From contig CM075993.1 of assembly GCA_038087875.1 (NCBI GenBank), positions 7,070,001 through 7,134,000 on the forward strand: a stretch of DNA of 64,000 nucleotides, in the 5' to 3' direction. This document shows positions 50,907-63,995 of the stretch, piece by piece. Numbering within the stretch: the stretch's first letter is position 1; every line of letters begins with the position of its first letter. Made by a program: the position numbers and the translations under genes. The DNA comes from Malacoraja senta (taxonomy: Eukaryota). Under the pieces are notes generated by a model, which saw nothing but the letters and a program-made list of their open reading frames with translations, did not search any database and was not told where the DNA came from.

Positions 50907-51083
50907 ATGTACGCATTGTGGGGGCATCTTCAGCGATACAAACACAATCAAGACGCACATCCAAGTTTCCCACTCTGAATCTTTCCACAAATGCACAATT
51001 TGTCCGATGGCCTTCAAGTCAGCCCAGAGCGCCAGTTCCCATTACAGTTCTCAGCATCCCTTAACTAAACATCCGCCACCTGA
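50907..51083 (+). CDS. ZNF592: ZNF592 coding exon 3
   Basis: TTTCTCCTTTGCACAG acceptor; (R)CTHCGGIF...HKCTICPMAFKSA...H; donor GTAAGT at 51084; phase 2 to 2. Confidence 0.92.
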
Positions 51084-53148
51084 GTAAGTTCAAGATACTT
51101 GCATGAACTTATCTGGATTAATAATAGGCTCATATGGAAATACAAACTAGGAAGGAACTGCAGTTGCTGGTTTACACCGAAGATAGACACAAAATGCTGG
51201 AGTAACTCTAAGCCTGGACAGGCTACATCCCATTCCTTCTATCCAGAGATGCTGCCTATCCCGCTGAGTTACTCCAGCATTTTGTGTGTATCTTCTATAT
51301 TGTTTGCTTACTTCAATGGATCATTTAAGGACACGCAATATTTGAACGGGATGGTCTAATTTAGCTATCAATTTATAAATAAATTATTCACCAAGTGTAA
51401 AACAAATGCCAACATCTGACTTGACTTCATTGTGAGGTGTTTTGCTCTCTATGGATCTGGTTTCATGATGGAATTGCTTCACTCTAATCAATTCTTTGAT
51501 GTAAATGCAACCATAGTTGTGATTTTTCTGCTTTCTCCTAAGGTTTTCCTTCAAAGTTAATTGCACAATCAATAGAATTTGTGTTTTCTAGATAATTTGT
51601 CCATCACTTTCTCTTGGATGTCAAAGCATGAAGAATATTATTCTGTGTGTGTGATGGGGTCCAGGGATGGAAAATGTTTTTAAGTGGATGATAATGTCCA
51701 CGAGCTACATCTTAATTGCTCCTGGCCCTCAACTGAGCGTATCGACATAACCTGTTTAATCACACCAATTAATTACATGAAGTAATTTACAATAGACAAT
51801 CAACGATCAACACAACTTTGCGATGTGGAATAAAACTGGACCATGTGGGGGGGAAACCACACAGTCACAGGGCAAACATGCAAGCTCCACACAGTCAGCA
51901 CCTAAGTCGGGATCAAACTCGGGTGCCTGGATGTGTTGGAAGGAACTGCAGATGCTATTTCAGTGTCAAAGTCTGCGTCTGTCTACCATAAATAGAGATG
52001 CTGCCTGATCCGCTGAGTTTCTCCACGTTTTCGTGTCTATCTCAGGTGCTTGGAGCTTTTAGGAGGGCAGCTCTAATTGCCACTACATTCTGTAGTCACT
52101 TTCCATTGAAAAAAAAAGGGTTCTATTTTAACAGCTTTTCTGTTCTTCATACTAAAGTGAACAACCGTGCATTTCTCATTGTAAACCATTTATTAAATTG
52201 TTTCCCTTGACCTACCGTGTGTCTTTGCAGGCTCTGCTCTCCTCACAGCTTGTTTTCCCATCTACCTTCCTAGCATCAGCAAATTTGGCTACTGTACTTT
52301 CTATTTTCATCTACATTATTAACAGTCGAACACTTATCCCTATTGTACCCCAGCTGGTTAACCTCAAAATGAACCATTCTAGCCTGACTGTGCTTTCTGT
52401 TAGTCCGACCTCTATCATGCTGCTGATATAGTAGATTGAATGTCATGAGCTCTTGCCTCATGCAGTAACCTTTTATGTAAAGTTTTATCACATGCCGTTT
52501 GGAAATCCAAGTATACTACATAAACAGCTTTCCCTTACCCATCCTGCTTAATACATCCTCGGAGATCTCTAACAAATACGTTGGATAAAATTTATTTTCC
52601 ATAGAGCAATTAAACTCTGCTTAGTTGACTTACAATTTTCCAAAGCCATTAATTTCTCATCGATGTCAAGCTTGCTCCCTTCTTGAATAGGAATGTTTAA
52701 GCCACAATTTACTTCATGCATTTAATCAATAATTTTAATTAGAAACACAATGAAATGTGTTTCATTTCAAATATCTCTGGCATCATAAGGCAGCAACTCT
52801 ACCGCTACACCACCGTGCCACCCGATCTCATATACAAGTTATTAATTTTAGTCTTTGGTCTTTTAAACTAATCAACAGACCTTTTTCTGTCCCTGATTTA
52901 ATGTGGACTCAACCTTGCTGCTGCACCTTGTTTCTTTGCCCCACTGTTTATTTATCTATCCTGCACTATCATTGGATGCTTCTACAGACACAGGGTTGTA
53001 TAATTGTGGATGCAATGCTTTCCTCGGTACCCTATAAAGCAAGTTTTGAGCTGGAGTGGCTAAGAAAATATTGAATTAATCAAGAGCCTCAGTTCAGTTT
53101 GCCCCCTCGTATTTACTGATGAGGAAGAATTCTACTGAAGGTTAAACT

Positions 53149-53463
53149 GGGCGGCACGGTGATGCAGCGGTAAAGTTGCTGCCGTACAGCACCAGAGATC
53201 CAGGTTCGATCCTGACTACGGGTGCTTATCTGTACAGAGTTCATACGTTCTCCCTATGACCGCGTTGCTTTTCCCCAGGTGCTCCAGTTTCCAGCCCACT
53301 CCAAAGACGTACAGATTTATAGGTTAATTTGGCTTTGGTAAAAATTATAAATTGTCCCTAGTGTGTAGGATAATCTTGGTGTACGGGGATGGTTGGTCGG
53401 CGGGGACTCGGTGGGCTGAAGGGCCTGCTTCCGCGCTGTACCTCTAAACTAAACTAAACTAAA
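53149..53463 (+). mobile_element. HE1/V-SINE, full length
   Basis: GGGCGGCACGGTGATGCAGCGG A-box region, GGTTCGATCC B-box, central domain, CR1-derived tail and (CTAAA)n. Confidence 0.9.
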
Positions 53464-54301
53464 GTGTTTTGTTTTCCATCCTAAATTTTCAAGTAATGAA
53501 TGTATCCCCTTGTCTCTTGTAACATCTGATGCTGAAGATAAATATCTGATTAATGGGAAAAAAATGTTAAATACCTAGTTGATGAAAATCCAAAATTCCA
53601 TTGGTCTTATTATTTTTCTACTCTTTTGCGTAACTTTTCAATGTGTTTTATTGCAAATTTTGTAAGCTGCCATATTTTAAAGCCAGTTAAAAACCAGTCA
53701 CATTTACTGGAAGAGTTTAGAAATTTGATAGTGAACTCTTAGCAGATTGCTGGGCACTTTTGCATGCCAAGAATCGATCAATCCAATTGCTTGATGCACT
53801 AACAGGGGTTCAAAGAACACCCAAGTTATCAGTCTTTCAGTCTGAGGAAGCAATCCGACCTGAAACGTCACCCTTCCCCTTTTCTCCGGAGCTGCTGCCT
53901 GACACGCGGAGTTACTCCAGCACTTTGTGTCTACCTTCGGTATAAAGCAGCATCTGCTGTTCCTTCCTCCACACAAGTTGATAAACCTGGCAAGAAAAAC
54001 AAACACATTCCTTGCTGCCTAATGATTCTATGTCCACTTTTCCATGGGTGAATTAGTGGGAAAATAGTCATTTTTTGCAAATGCAACACATCACAGCAGC
54101 GGTTATCATCATAATTTTGGTGATTATCTCTCACTAATTTACATTTAACTGAATTTTACCTCTTTCACTGCTCTCTAGAGAGCTATGGAGTTGGAGTTTT
54201 TAATATAAACAGAAATTAAAGAAAATGTGAGTTAGAAGAGAGTAAAGGAGAGAGCGGAGAAGTTATGTTGTTGGCAAGTGACCAAACAGGTTTGAGAGGT
54301 C

Positions 54302-54431
54302 CACAAAAATGCTGGAGAAACTCAGCGGGTGCAGCAGCATCTATGGAGCTCCATAGATGCTGCTGCACCCGCTGAGTTTCTCCAGCATTTTTGTGTACCT
54401 TCGATTTTCCAGCATCTGCAGTTCCTTCTTT
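54302..54431. mobile_element. Penelope terminal-repeat insertion containing a perfect 94-bp palindrome
   Basis: 17-bp duplication AACAGGTTTGAGAGGTC at 54285-54301 and 54432-54448; arms 54302-54348 and 54349-54395. Confidence 0.85.
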
Positions 54432-55513
54432 AACAGGTTTGAGAGGTCAATTGAAATGTTAGTGTTGCCTGACTGACAAATTTTCCTGTTATTAAATGGC
54501 ACTTTTATTAATACCCCAATACATTTTATTAAGATTAATATATGAAATGCTGTATAGGCAGGTAAGTTTAAATGGATAGCGGGAAATAAGGCCCCGACGT
54601 GTGGGAACTGTGAATGGAGAGAGAACACAGCAAACATGCCTGGTGAACCTCATGCCGAATCATAGTGTGTCCACATTTTTAGAGAGTGGATTGTCAGAGT
54701 TTTTACATAAACGTTAGTTTATCTTTTCCTTGAATCTTCTTGTTTTACCACATGTCCAAGTGCACGTTAACATTTCTTGAGCCCGAGGGTGGCGAATCTG
54801 TGGAATTCATTGCCACAGATGGCTGTGGAGGCCAAGTCATTGGGTGTTTTTAAAGTGAAGATTGATTGATAGGTTCTTGATTAGGAAGAGCGTCAAAGGT
54901 TACGGGGAGAAGGCAGGAGAATGGGGTTGAGAGGGCAAAACAGATCAGCCTTGATTGAACAACTGAGTAGACTTGATGGGCCAATTAACAAATTGTGCTC
55001 CTATGTCTTATGGTTATACTTTTATATTCAATTAATTTGCCAAACTTGGCAGAAGTATGATGGGGGGCGGGAATCTGACACGTCTCAGGAAGAAGGCTAA
55101 CAAATAGCAAAGATGTAGTCGGGAATGATATAAGGACATTTAGAAGTGCACATCAGAGAGGTAAGACAATATTGTGGTAAAATTTTAACCTGCACATTGA
55201 CTGGGCGTATCAAATTAATCTACATTACGTAGAGGATGAATTCCAGCCTTCTCCCCCCCCCCCCCCCCCCCCCACACACTATAATCAGTCTGAAGAAAGG
55301 TCTGACCCAAAATATCACCTTTCTATGTTCTCCAGAGATGCTGCCTGACCTGCTGAGTTACTCCAGCACTTTGTGTCATTTTTTATAAACCAGCATCAGC
55401 AGTACCTTGTGTCTGCAACTATAAACGTCACCCACTCCTCTCCAGAGATGCCGCCTGTCCCGCTGAGTTACTCCAGCTTTTCATGTCTATCTTCGGTTTA
55501 AACCAGCATCTGC

Positions 55514-55830
55514 AGTTCAAGTTCAAGTTCAAGTTTACATTTATTGTCACATGCACCGATTGGTACAGTGAAATTTGAGTTACCATACAGCCATACAAAT
55601 AAAAAAAGAACACAACACGATAGAATTTAACATAGACATCCCCACACAGCAGAATCAACGTTTCCCACTGTGAGGGAAGTCATCTTCCTCTTTGTTCATC
55701 GGTGGTCGGGGCCTCCCGAGCCCTCCGCAGTACGGATGGCCCGATGTTCAGGGCCTCTCGCCGGGATGATCGAAACTCCGACGTCAGAACGGAAGAACAT
55801 TCTCAGCGGCTTGGAGTTCCGAATCGGCCA
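55514..55830 (-). mobile_element. Non-autonomous Rex/Babar-tailed element, same family as 2927-3262
   Basis: Collinear similarity; (AGTTCA)n tail. Confidence 0.65.
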
Positions 55831-56027
55831 CTTCTTCCTTCCTACACCTACAATATCTGTGTTGGATTTCTGGATCAATCTGTTGAATAGCAGCTTATTT
55901 TTAGTTCTCATACAGGACAACAAGAAAGTGCAAAGCAATAATCTTGTATGAATGTCACTGGGATTAGACTTGGAAATGTAATACGGTGTTACTTGGCCTC
56001 ATACTTTTGGCTATGGTATCATTACTT

Positions 56028-56905
56028 TTATTATTATTATTATTTATTTGTCATTTGGACAAATTTGTCATTTGGACCCCTTGAGGTCCAAACGAAATAT
56101 CGTTTCTGCAGCCATACATTACAAAACGAAGAAGACCCGAGATACAACACAATTTACACATACATCCATCACAGCGCTGTGATGGAAGGCAAAAAAACGT
56201 ATCTCTCCACTGCACTCCCCCCCCCCCGATGTCAGAGTCAAAGTCAAAGCCCCCGGCGGGCGATGGTGATTATCCCGTGGCCATTAAAGCCACGCCGGTT
56301 AATGCAAGGTCGCGCACCGGGTCTTGGTGTTAGAGCCCCGGCGCGCGCTCGCAAAGGACCGCGGCCACTCCAAGCCGCGCGGGGCGACGATGTAAAGCCC
56401 CGCTCCAGGTGCTCTTCAACCCCGCAACTCGGGCGGGAGAAGTCGCCGCTGCGGAAGCCCCGAAAAGCGGTCTCCCCCCAGGGACCCGCGGGCTTCCGGT
56501 GTTGCCGTCCGCCAGACCCGCGTTGTAGCCTCCGAATCTCCGGGGGTCGGGTAGCAGCAGCGATTGTTTCCACCACAGCTCCACCCGCTCCGGACTCGGC
56601 CAGCCCCGTGACGGTGAGTAGTCCGCAGCTCTGCAACTGGAGCCCCAGGTCGTTCCTGCTGGAGGCCACTCCACGTTGCCCAGCCCCAACGACAACGGAG
56701 ACCCGACAAAGAAAAGGTCGGGTCTCGCGTGCAGGGGAAAGATTTTAAAGTTCCCCACCCCCACCCCCACCCCCACCCCCCCCCCCCCCCCACACATACC
56801 CCGACAAAAAAATAAATAAAAAACTACATAAAAACGAGACAAAAATAATTTAAAAACAGACGGACTGCAGAGGCCGCTGCTGACGAGAGTCGCGCCGCCC
56901 ACCGA
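56028..56905 (-). mobile_element. ~880-bp CpG-rich non-autonomous retroelement with a LINE-like hairpin tail
   Basis: (TAA)n tail, hairpin TTTGGACC-CCTTGA-GGTCCAAA, sharp GC/CpG contrast with flanks, 3' part similar to 40690-40968. Confidence 0.6.
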
Positions 56906-57083
56906 CTAGGTTTTAATTAGATAACAGATTTAAAGTTCTTCAAAGTGTTTTAAACAAAGTATTAAAGTTCTCTGTCTTGGACAACAGCTCCATTTGCTTT
57001 GCAATCTTTTTAAGAATTTATCATTTATTGTTAAGTTGTAATCACTAGCGGAATGCTAATACCAAATATTTCTCAATTTGCAG

Positions 57084-57246
57084 AGTTATCTTCAAGTGCT
57101 CAATGTGTGAAACTGTATTCAACCAGCAAGCCTTGCTACGCAATCACTTCGAGCAGCACAAAAACAAATTAAGAATGTGTGTTTACAAGTGTCCAGTGTG
57201 CAAACTGGTGTACATGCACAAACAGTTGATGATGGAACACTTCAAG
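57084..57246 (+). CDS. ZNF592: ZNF592 coding exon 4
   Basis: TTTGCAG acceptor; (E)VIFKCSMCETVF...HF...CVYKCPVCKLVY...MEHFK; donor GTAAGT at 57247; phase 2 to 0. Confidence 0.92.
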
Positions 57247-59794
57247 GTAAGTCCAGTGGTTTTGCCTTTACTTGTGGCTTTCAACCAAATCGAGATTATC
57301 AACAGCCCAGATGAAGTCCAAAGCATCGGCTGTCCATTTCCCTCTACCAATGGCGCAGTGGTAGAGTTGCTGCCTTACAGCTCCAGAGACTCGAGTTCGA
57401 CCCTGGATTTAGCTCCTGACTCCAGTATCTGCACTCTCTCGTGTCTTCATCTTATCCACAGACTTTATGGTTTGTGATGTATATGTGATAATGAGAGAAG
57501 GAAAATAATGAAGGTAACAGGCATGTTGTTACTTCTACTGATTTTGAGAATACCTTGTAAATTATAAGAGAGCTTCAGTTCGTTAAAGAGTAACCTGCAA
57601 CCCAACAGTGATCAGGAAAGCATTTATGAGCGGTCATTAATATAGCAGTTTTTAAGAAGTGGCAGGATGTTCAATATTTTGAGGGAAGATTGGATGATAG
57701 TTCATTGTAAAATTGAATTAGCATTTGTTTTTCATTTATTTCTCAAGATATGTCTTTTGCTCACAAGCGTTATTGCCCCTGACAGGAGTGGCCTGCTGAA
57801 CCTTTTAAGAGTTGACTACATTGCCGTGATTCTGGAGTCCATGATGCTTTACTTATGTGCAGTTGGCATATTAGCCACAAATATATTTTCCAAAAGCAGA
57901 AGGTAGACAAAAATGCTGGAGAAACTCAGCGGGTGAGGCAGCATCTATAGAGCGAAGGAATAGGTGACGTTTCGGGTCGAGACCCTTCTTCAATCTGAAG
58001 AAGGTCTTTTAACGGTCCTTTAATTTAGTTTAGAGATACAGCGTTGAAACAGGACCGTCAGCCCACCGAGTCCACGACGACCATCAATCACCTGTAAACC
58101 AGCATCTACCACAACCGGAGAACTGTGCTGAACTATTATCCACCTCATTGGTGACCCTCGGACTATCCTTGGTCGGACTTTGCTGGCTTTACCTTCCACT
58201 AAACGTTATTCCCTTATCATGTATCGATACACTATAACTGGCTGGATTGTAATCATGTGTTGTCTTTTTGCTGACTGGGTAGCACGCAACAAAAGCTTTA
58301 CACTGTACCTCAGTACACGTGACAATAAACTAAACTGAAACTGAAATGGAACAGTTCATTGTTTCTACAAATACACGAGGTCTAACGTAGAGATGTGGAG
58401 AAGGGGAGAGAGTCGGTTGCTCTTTCAAAACCTGAATGCCAGAACTTTGAGAGAGGAGGTTGTTTGCCCTTGAATCTGCTTTAGAGTTTAGAGATGCAGT
58501 GTGGGTACAGGCCCTTCAGCCCACCGAATCCCCACTCACCATCGATCGCCCATACACTATTCTATGTTATGCCACAGTCACAGGAAGGACGTACAAACTC
58601 TGCACAGACAGCACCCAAGGTCAGGATCGAACCCTGGTCTCCAGCATTGTGAGGCAGAAATTCTACTGCTGTGCCAGTGCAGCCCTCCTTGTTATTAAAT
58701 TTCACTCTGGCCACGATTTCCTGTCTCTGTAACATTATCAGCCACACATGCCTTTGAAGTCCAACCATGCTTTGGCCCTCGGCTCTGGAATTCCTTCTGA
58801 TCCTTATCCTCTTAGCAAGGTCCCAGTTCCCATGAAAATCAACATCATTGTATGCAACAAGGCTGCCCACTTTGTGCATGAGTTTGCCAACGTTACAAAG
58901 AATCGTGCTTCTACTTGCATTTGCATTCCCTCCCCCACCCAGCATTTGAAATAGCACAAACGCGGAATAGTGCAACTTCTCACACACATCCTGCCTTATT
59001 TCACACATTATGTATGCAATTCTTTGATTACTTTTTACATATTTGCCACCACTCTTTTCAGGTGTGAAACTCTCCGCAAGTGATGACAACAACAGTGTCC
59101 TTAAATTAATCATCGGACAAAGAACAGAATAGAGCTGTACAGCACAGGAACGGGCCCTTCGCCCCACAATGTTTATGCCAAACATGATGCCAAGTTAAAT
59201 TGATCTCATCTACCTGTACATGATCCATACATATATCCCTTGCACTTCTATGTGCCTCTTAAACATCACTATCATATCTGCCTCCACCACCATCCCTTAC
59301 AATACGTTCCAGGCCCCCACCATTCTCTGTGGGTTGACATGGTAGATACCGGATTGTCTAGAACGGGGGGGTCGCAATCTCAGAATAAGAAAAACACAAA
59401 GCTTTGTGACTCTGGCATTCTGAGCTCTGAGGTCTGAAGGCTATATTGCCGACAAGAGCTTGATTGTCTCTCTTCACGCAGCTGAAACCCTCAAATCCAG
59501 GTACTGTTCTAGTAAACCTCCTCTGCGCACACGCCAAAGCCTCCACATCCTTCCTGTACTGGGGCGACCAGAACTGCACGCAATACTCCAAATGCGCCCT
59601 TGTAGTCTTGTAGAGCTGCATCAGTGAGGACTTTCAACCACATTTTCTGATGAAAATCACAGATTATTGTGCGCTCACGAAAGAAACGGTTTTTACAACC
59701 TCGATAGTTCAGAAACCATGCCCACATGGGCAAATTACTCCAAAACTATATTCATAACCATTATACCATTCATAACTATATTCATAACCATTAT

Positions 59795-60172
59795 ACTGTA
59801 CACTGCAAGGGCCAGGAAGCGAGCAGGCAAGATCATCTCTGACCCCTCTCACCCTGGCCACAAACTCTTTGAATCACTTCCCTCTGGAAGGCGACTCCGG
59901 ACTGTCAAAGCTGCCACAGCCAGACATAAAAACAGTTTTTATCCATGAGTAGTTGCTCTACTCAACAGCCAAAAATCTGTAGCCTCCCTTTGATCTGGTA
60001 TTTTGTTGGTTCACATGCTTGATCAATGGTGTTTATCATTAATTAATTTATTATTATTAATGTTTAGTGTTTTCTGAGTCATTCGTAACTGTCACTATGT
60101 CATGTTACTTGTGGGCGGAGCACCAAGGCAAATTCCTTGTATGTGAATACTTGGCCAATAAACTTACTTACT
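59795..60172 (+). mobile_element. Rex1/Babar 3' end, same family as 34055-34380
   Basis: LYTARARKRAGKIISDPSHPGHKLFESLPSGRRLRTVKAATARHKNSF; (CTTA)n tail. Confidence 0.85.
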
Positions 60173-60474
60173 TATGCTGGATGACAGCTTATTCTAGACT
60201 GCTCACCTCAAGGCACTTACTGCAGTTCTTTATGGCTCTGGTGATACGACAGCTGGAATATTGTGTACAAGTTGTCTTTCTCTAGTTTAACAGAGGATAG
60301 AGGGAGTAAATGAAGGTTTACCGGATTCCTGTAATTAAAGCCAGTTTTATGATTATCCTATAAAGGGAATTAAGCAGACAGGATCAATGCTCTCCGGAAT
60401 TTCATCGATTTGTGTGTCGGCAGAACATAAGAAACTAGATGTTTACACCATGCTGCTTTAGGGGACCTGCTCTG

Positions 60475-60760
60475 ATTTAGTTTAGAAATGCAGCATGGAA
60501 ACAATGATCCCCACACACTAACACTATCCTACACACACTAGGGACAATTTACATTTATACCAAGCCAATTAACCTACAAATCTGTACATCTTTGGAGTGT
60601 GGGAGGAAACCGATCTCAAAGAAAACCACGCGGTCACGGGGAGAACGTACAAACTCCATACAGACAAGCACCCGTAGTCGGAATCGAGCCCAGGTCTCTG
60701 GTGCTGTAAGCAACCCAGGTCTCTGGTGTTGCAGCAACTCTACCGCTGCGCCACCGTACC
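60475..60760 (-). mobile_element. HE1/V-SINE
   Basis: Reverse complement of 53149-53463; further copies at ~58480-58680 (-), 50590-50745 (+) and 61190-61460 (+). Confidence 0.8.
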
Positions 60761-62354
60761 ACCCTATTCAAGAAGATATTCAAGAAGATCTGCTTGTGTC
60801 TTCATTTTACCATTCCACTGCAAATGCTCTTCAAAGCTCACTTTGAAGACATTCTGGAGTTCTGTGAGTCCCTCTCACTGTTGTCTCTTTTGTCATTTCA
60901 ACTGCTACTCAACAACGTACTCACCAAGACCTGGTCTAAAAAATATTTTTAGATTTGACAAGATAGATACTGGATTGCCTAGAATGAACAGTCGCAGTCT
61001 CTGAATACGAAAAACCCTAAACGTTTGTGAGTCTCTGGCATTTCAAGCTCAAGAGTTGTGAAGGCTAAGTTGTCGACAGAGATTGATAGATTTTTAGGAT
61101 AATAAGGTTCATCAAGGGATACGGGTTAGTGCAAGAAGTGGCACTAAGGTAAAAGATTATGTTTGATCTTCATGAATGTCACAGCTACTGCGACAGTGCC
61201 AGACACCCGGGTTCGATCCTGGTGCCGTTCTGTATGGAGTTCGTACGTTCTCCCCGTGACCTGCGTGGGTTTTCGCCGAGATATTCAGTTTCTCGGTTTC
61301 ACTCCAAAGACGTACATGTTTGTAGGTTAATTGGCATGGTGTAAATGTAAAAAAATTGTCCCAAGTGTGTGTGTGGGTTATTGTTAATGTGCGGGGATCG
61401 TTGGATGGTGCGGACTCGGTGGGCCTAAGTGCCTGTTTCTACCCTGTATCTCTCAACTAAAGTAATTTTGAAGCATCAGCATTTGTCACCTGTAATTGGG
61501 AATATACTTATCATTATGTAGAGGAACCCCACAGTTGTGGGTTGCTAGTGATAATATGGACTGCTCTCTAATGCCAGACTTCGTAAAATAACCTGATAGT
61601 CCATGTGACATTGTAGCATGCATCCCAGCTTGCTATCATGCATCTAGGCTTTGTATGATTGATGAAGATTATCTGAAGAATTTTCAAGGATCACATAAGA
61701 ATGGGACTTTATACAGCCGCATCAGATTACGGGAAGATGCAAGTGGCATTCATCTTGTGCTCTGTACAAACATTCTAATGCAGGGACTAAAATTATGCCC
61801 TGTGCCTACCATCAGTTAAATTAAATAGCTGCACTCTGCAAGGTCTGAAATAATAGAGCTATTGTAAATGTCCTCATTTAAAATGTGTTCAGTAGACATT
61901 TCATACTGCTTAAAATAGTTATTGCAACATATTAGTTTCTATGCATTACTGTCAGTTAACATAAAATACAATTTTAACTGATAGATATCGAGTAAGTAAC
62001 ATGAGAGACCGAGAGCTGCAAAAGTGTTCCTACTGCAGTCAATAGATTGAAAATCATTGGTTTAAAGATAGCATTAGAAATAAGAAATAGCTTACTATTG
62101 ATCTTATAAAGGATATCTCGTGTCTGAAGAAGGGTCTCGACCTGAAACGTCACCCATTCCTTCTCTCCAGAGATGCTGCCTGTCCCTTTGAATTACTCCA
62201 GCTTTTTTGTGTCTATCTGATGTAGTGTTTTTCATATTCCTCCAAACTGTCTGCATAGAGCTGGAACTGCTTTATCAGTTTGTGCAGCAGTTGCTACTAA
62301 ATACTTTCAAAGTACTGTTTGAGTATTTGTAACAATCCTTTTTCTTTACATTAG

Positions 62355-62621
62355 GATGTTCACAATGTTGTGGAAACCACTGAAAAGTCTCCAGGCTCCA
62401 GTTCTCCACCCAGGGCCAGGTCTTGTGGCCAGACAGCAGAGGCTTCCACAACACGCGTAGCTGCTAATGGCTTAAACAACGGCAAAAAGGATGAGGCTCC
62501 ACTGCTGAAGTCCGAGAGGCGGTCGAAAGTGAAGACACAGGGCTGGACTTGTGGTGAATGTCTCCAGTGGTTTGCAGAACGAGACCTCTATGTATCCCAC
62601 ATGAAGCGAAGTCATGGAAAG
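62355..62621 (+). CDS. ZNF592: ZNF592 coding exon 5 (gene continues beyond the window)
   Basis: TTTTCTTTACATTAG acceptor; [11 protein letters not shown]...[27 protein letters not shown]; donor GTAAAC at 62622; phase 0 to 0. Confidence 0.92.
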
Positions 62622-63107
62622 GTAAACGCCATTTTATTAATTAACTCCAGTTTGAATTGACGATCATTTTTATGGAATTATATAAAATTTGCAGGCAGGC
62701 AGAACAAATCCAACCAATACTACTATTCCTCTCACATCACCTATTTATTCTAACTATGTATAACCTATTCATTTTCCCTTTGTGCACGCTTTCCTGCTTT
62801 GTGATCACATCTATATTATTCATATCAATAACGTCAGCAGCAAACGTTTACATATTCACAACACTCTATGAACAAAGGATTTTCAAGAATTCCTTATTTA
62901 TTGATCGTTATCTTAAATTTACGATATCTGGTTTTGGACTCTTTCATGAGAGAAATTACCATCTACTTGTCTACCATATCAAATAATATTCTATAATTTT
63001 AACAATTTCATTATGTTTACCCCTCAGCTGTAACAAATATCCCAAGTCCTTGGTCTTTCCTGACGGTTATAGATAATGAGATATAGACTGGCAACCAGTG
63101 GTACTTA

Positions 63108-63251
63108 CAGTGCCCTCCATAATGTTTGGGACAAAGACCCATCATTTCTTTATTTGCCTCTGTACTCCACAATTGGAGATTTGTAATAGAAAGAATCACA
63201 TGTGGTTAAAGTGCACATTGTCAGATTTTATTAAGGGCCATTTTTATACAT
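63108..63251. mobile_element. Solitary Tc1 terminal inverted repeat, family of 39349-41237
   Basis: TA-CAGTGCCCTCCATAATGTTTGGGACAAAGACC..., collinear with 39349-39490. Confidence 0.88.
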
Positions 63252-63267
63252 ACCAGAATGTATACAA

Positions 63268-63630
63268 ATAATAATAATAATAATGATGGATGGGATTTAT
63301 ATAGCGCCTTTCTAATACTCAAGGCGCTTTACATCGCATTATTCATTCACTCCTCAGTCACACTCGGTGGTGGTGAGCTACTTCTGTAGCCACAGCTGCC
63401 CTGGGGCAGACTGACGGAAGCGTGGCTGCTAATCTGCGCCTACGGCCCCTCCGACCACCACCAATCACTCACACACATTCACACACATTCACACACATTC
63501 ACACGCAGGCAAAGGTGGGTGAAGTGTCTTGCCCAAGGACACAATGACAGTATGCACTCCAAGCGGGATTCGAACCGGCTACCTTCCGGTTGCCAGCCGA
63601 ACACTTAGCCCATTGCGCCATCTGTCGGCC
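63268..63630 (-). mobile_element. tRNA-derived SINE with an L2-type tail (possibly Meta-domain type)
   Basis: Minus strand TGGCGCAATGG A-box, GGTTCGAATCC B-box, GTGTCCTTGGGCAAGACACTT, GTCAGTCTGCCCCAGGGCAGCTGTGGCTAC, tail AAGCGCCTTGAG...AAGGCGCTATATAAAT and (ATT)n. Confidence 0.8.
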
Positions 63631-63649
63631 TTTAATAATGTACAGAATT

Positions 63650-63995
63650 GATATGTCAGAGAGGATTCTCTTGAACTACAGGTGTACAGTAGAGAGCAGA
63701 TTGACTGGTTGCCTCACGGCCTGGTTTGGCATCTTGAATGCCGAAGAACTAAGACTGCAAAAAGTTGTGAACACTGCCCAGTCCATCACGGGTTCTGACC
63801 TCCCCACCAACAAATGGATTTACGGGAATCGTTGCCTTAAAAAGGCAGACCCGCACCACCCTGGCCACACACTCATTTCACCCCTGCCATCGGGAAGAAG
63901 GTACAGGAGCCTGAAAACTGTAATGTCCAGGTTCAGGAACAGCTTCATCCCTACAGCCATTAGGCTAATAATCACTACAACCTCAAATAAACTCT
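63650..63995 (+). mobile_element. Rex1/Babar-type LINE 3' fragment
   Basis: YRCTVES.LTGCLTAWFG...DPHHPGHTLISPLPSGRRYRSLKT..SRFRNSFIPTAIRL. Confidence 0.82.

Noticed and set aside
53149..53220. tRNA gene
   Set aside because: tRNA-derived SINE head followed by SINE body and LINE tail; multiple copies in the window
55948..56902. 266-aa and 190-aa ORFs
   Set aside because: Stop-poor GC-rich repeat, open in several frames on both strands, no recognisable domain
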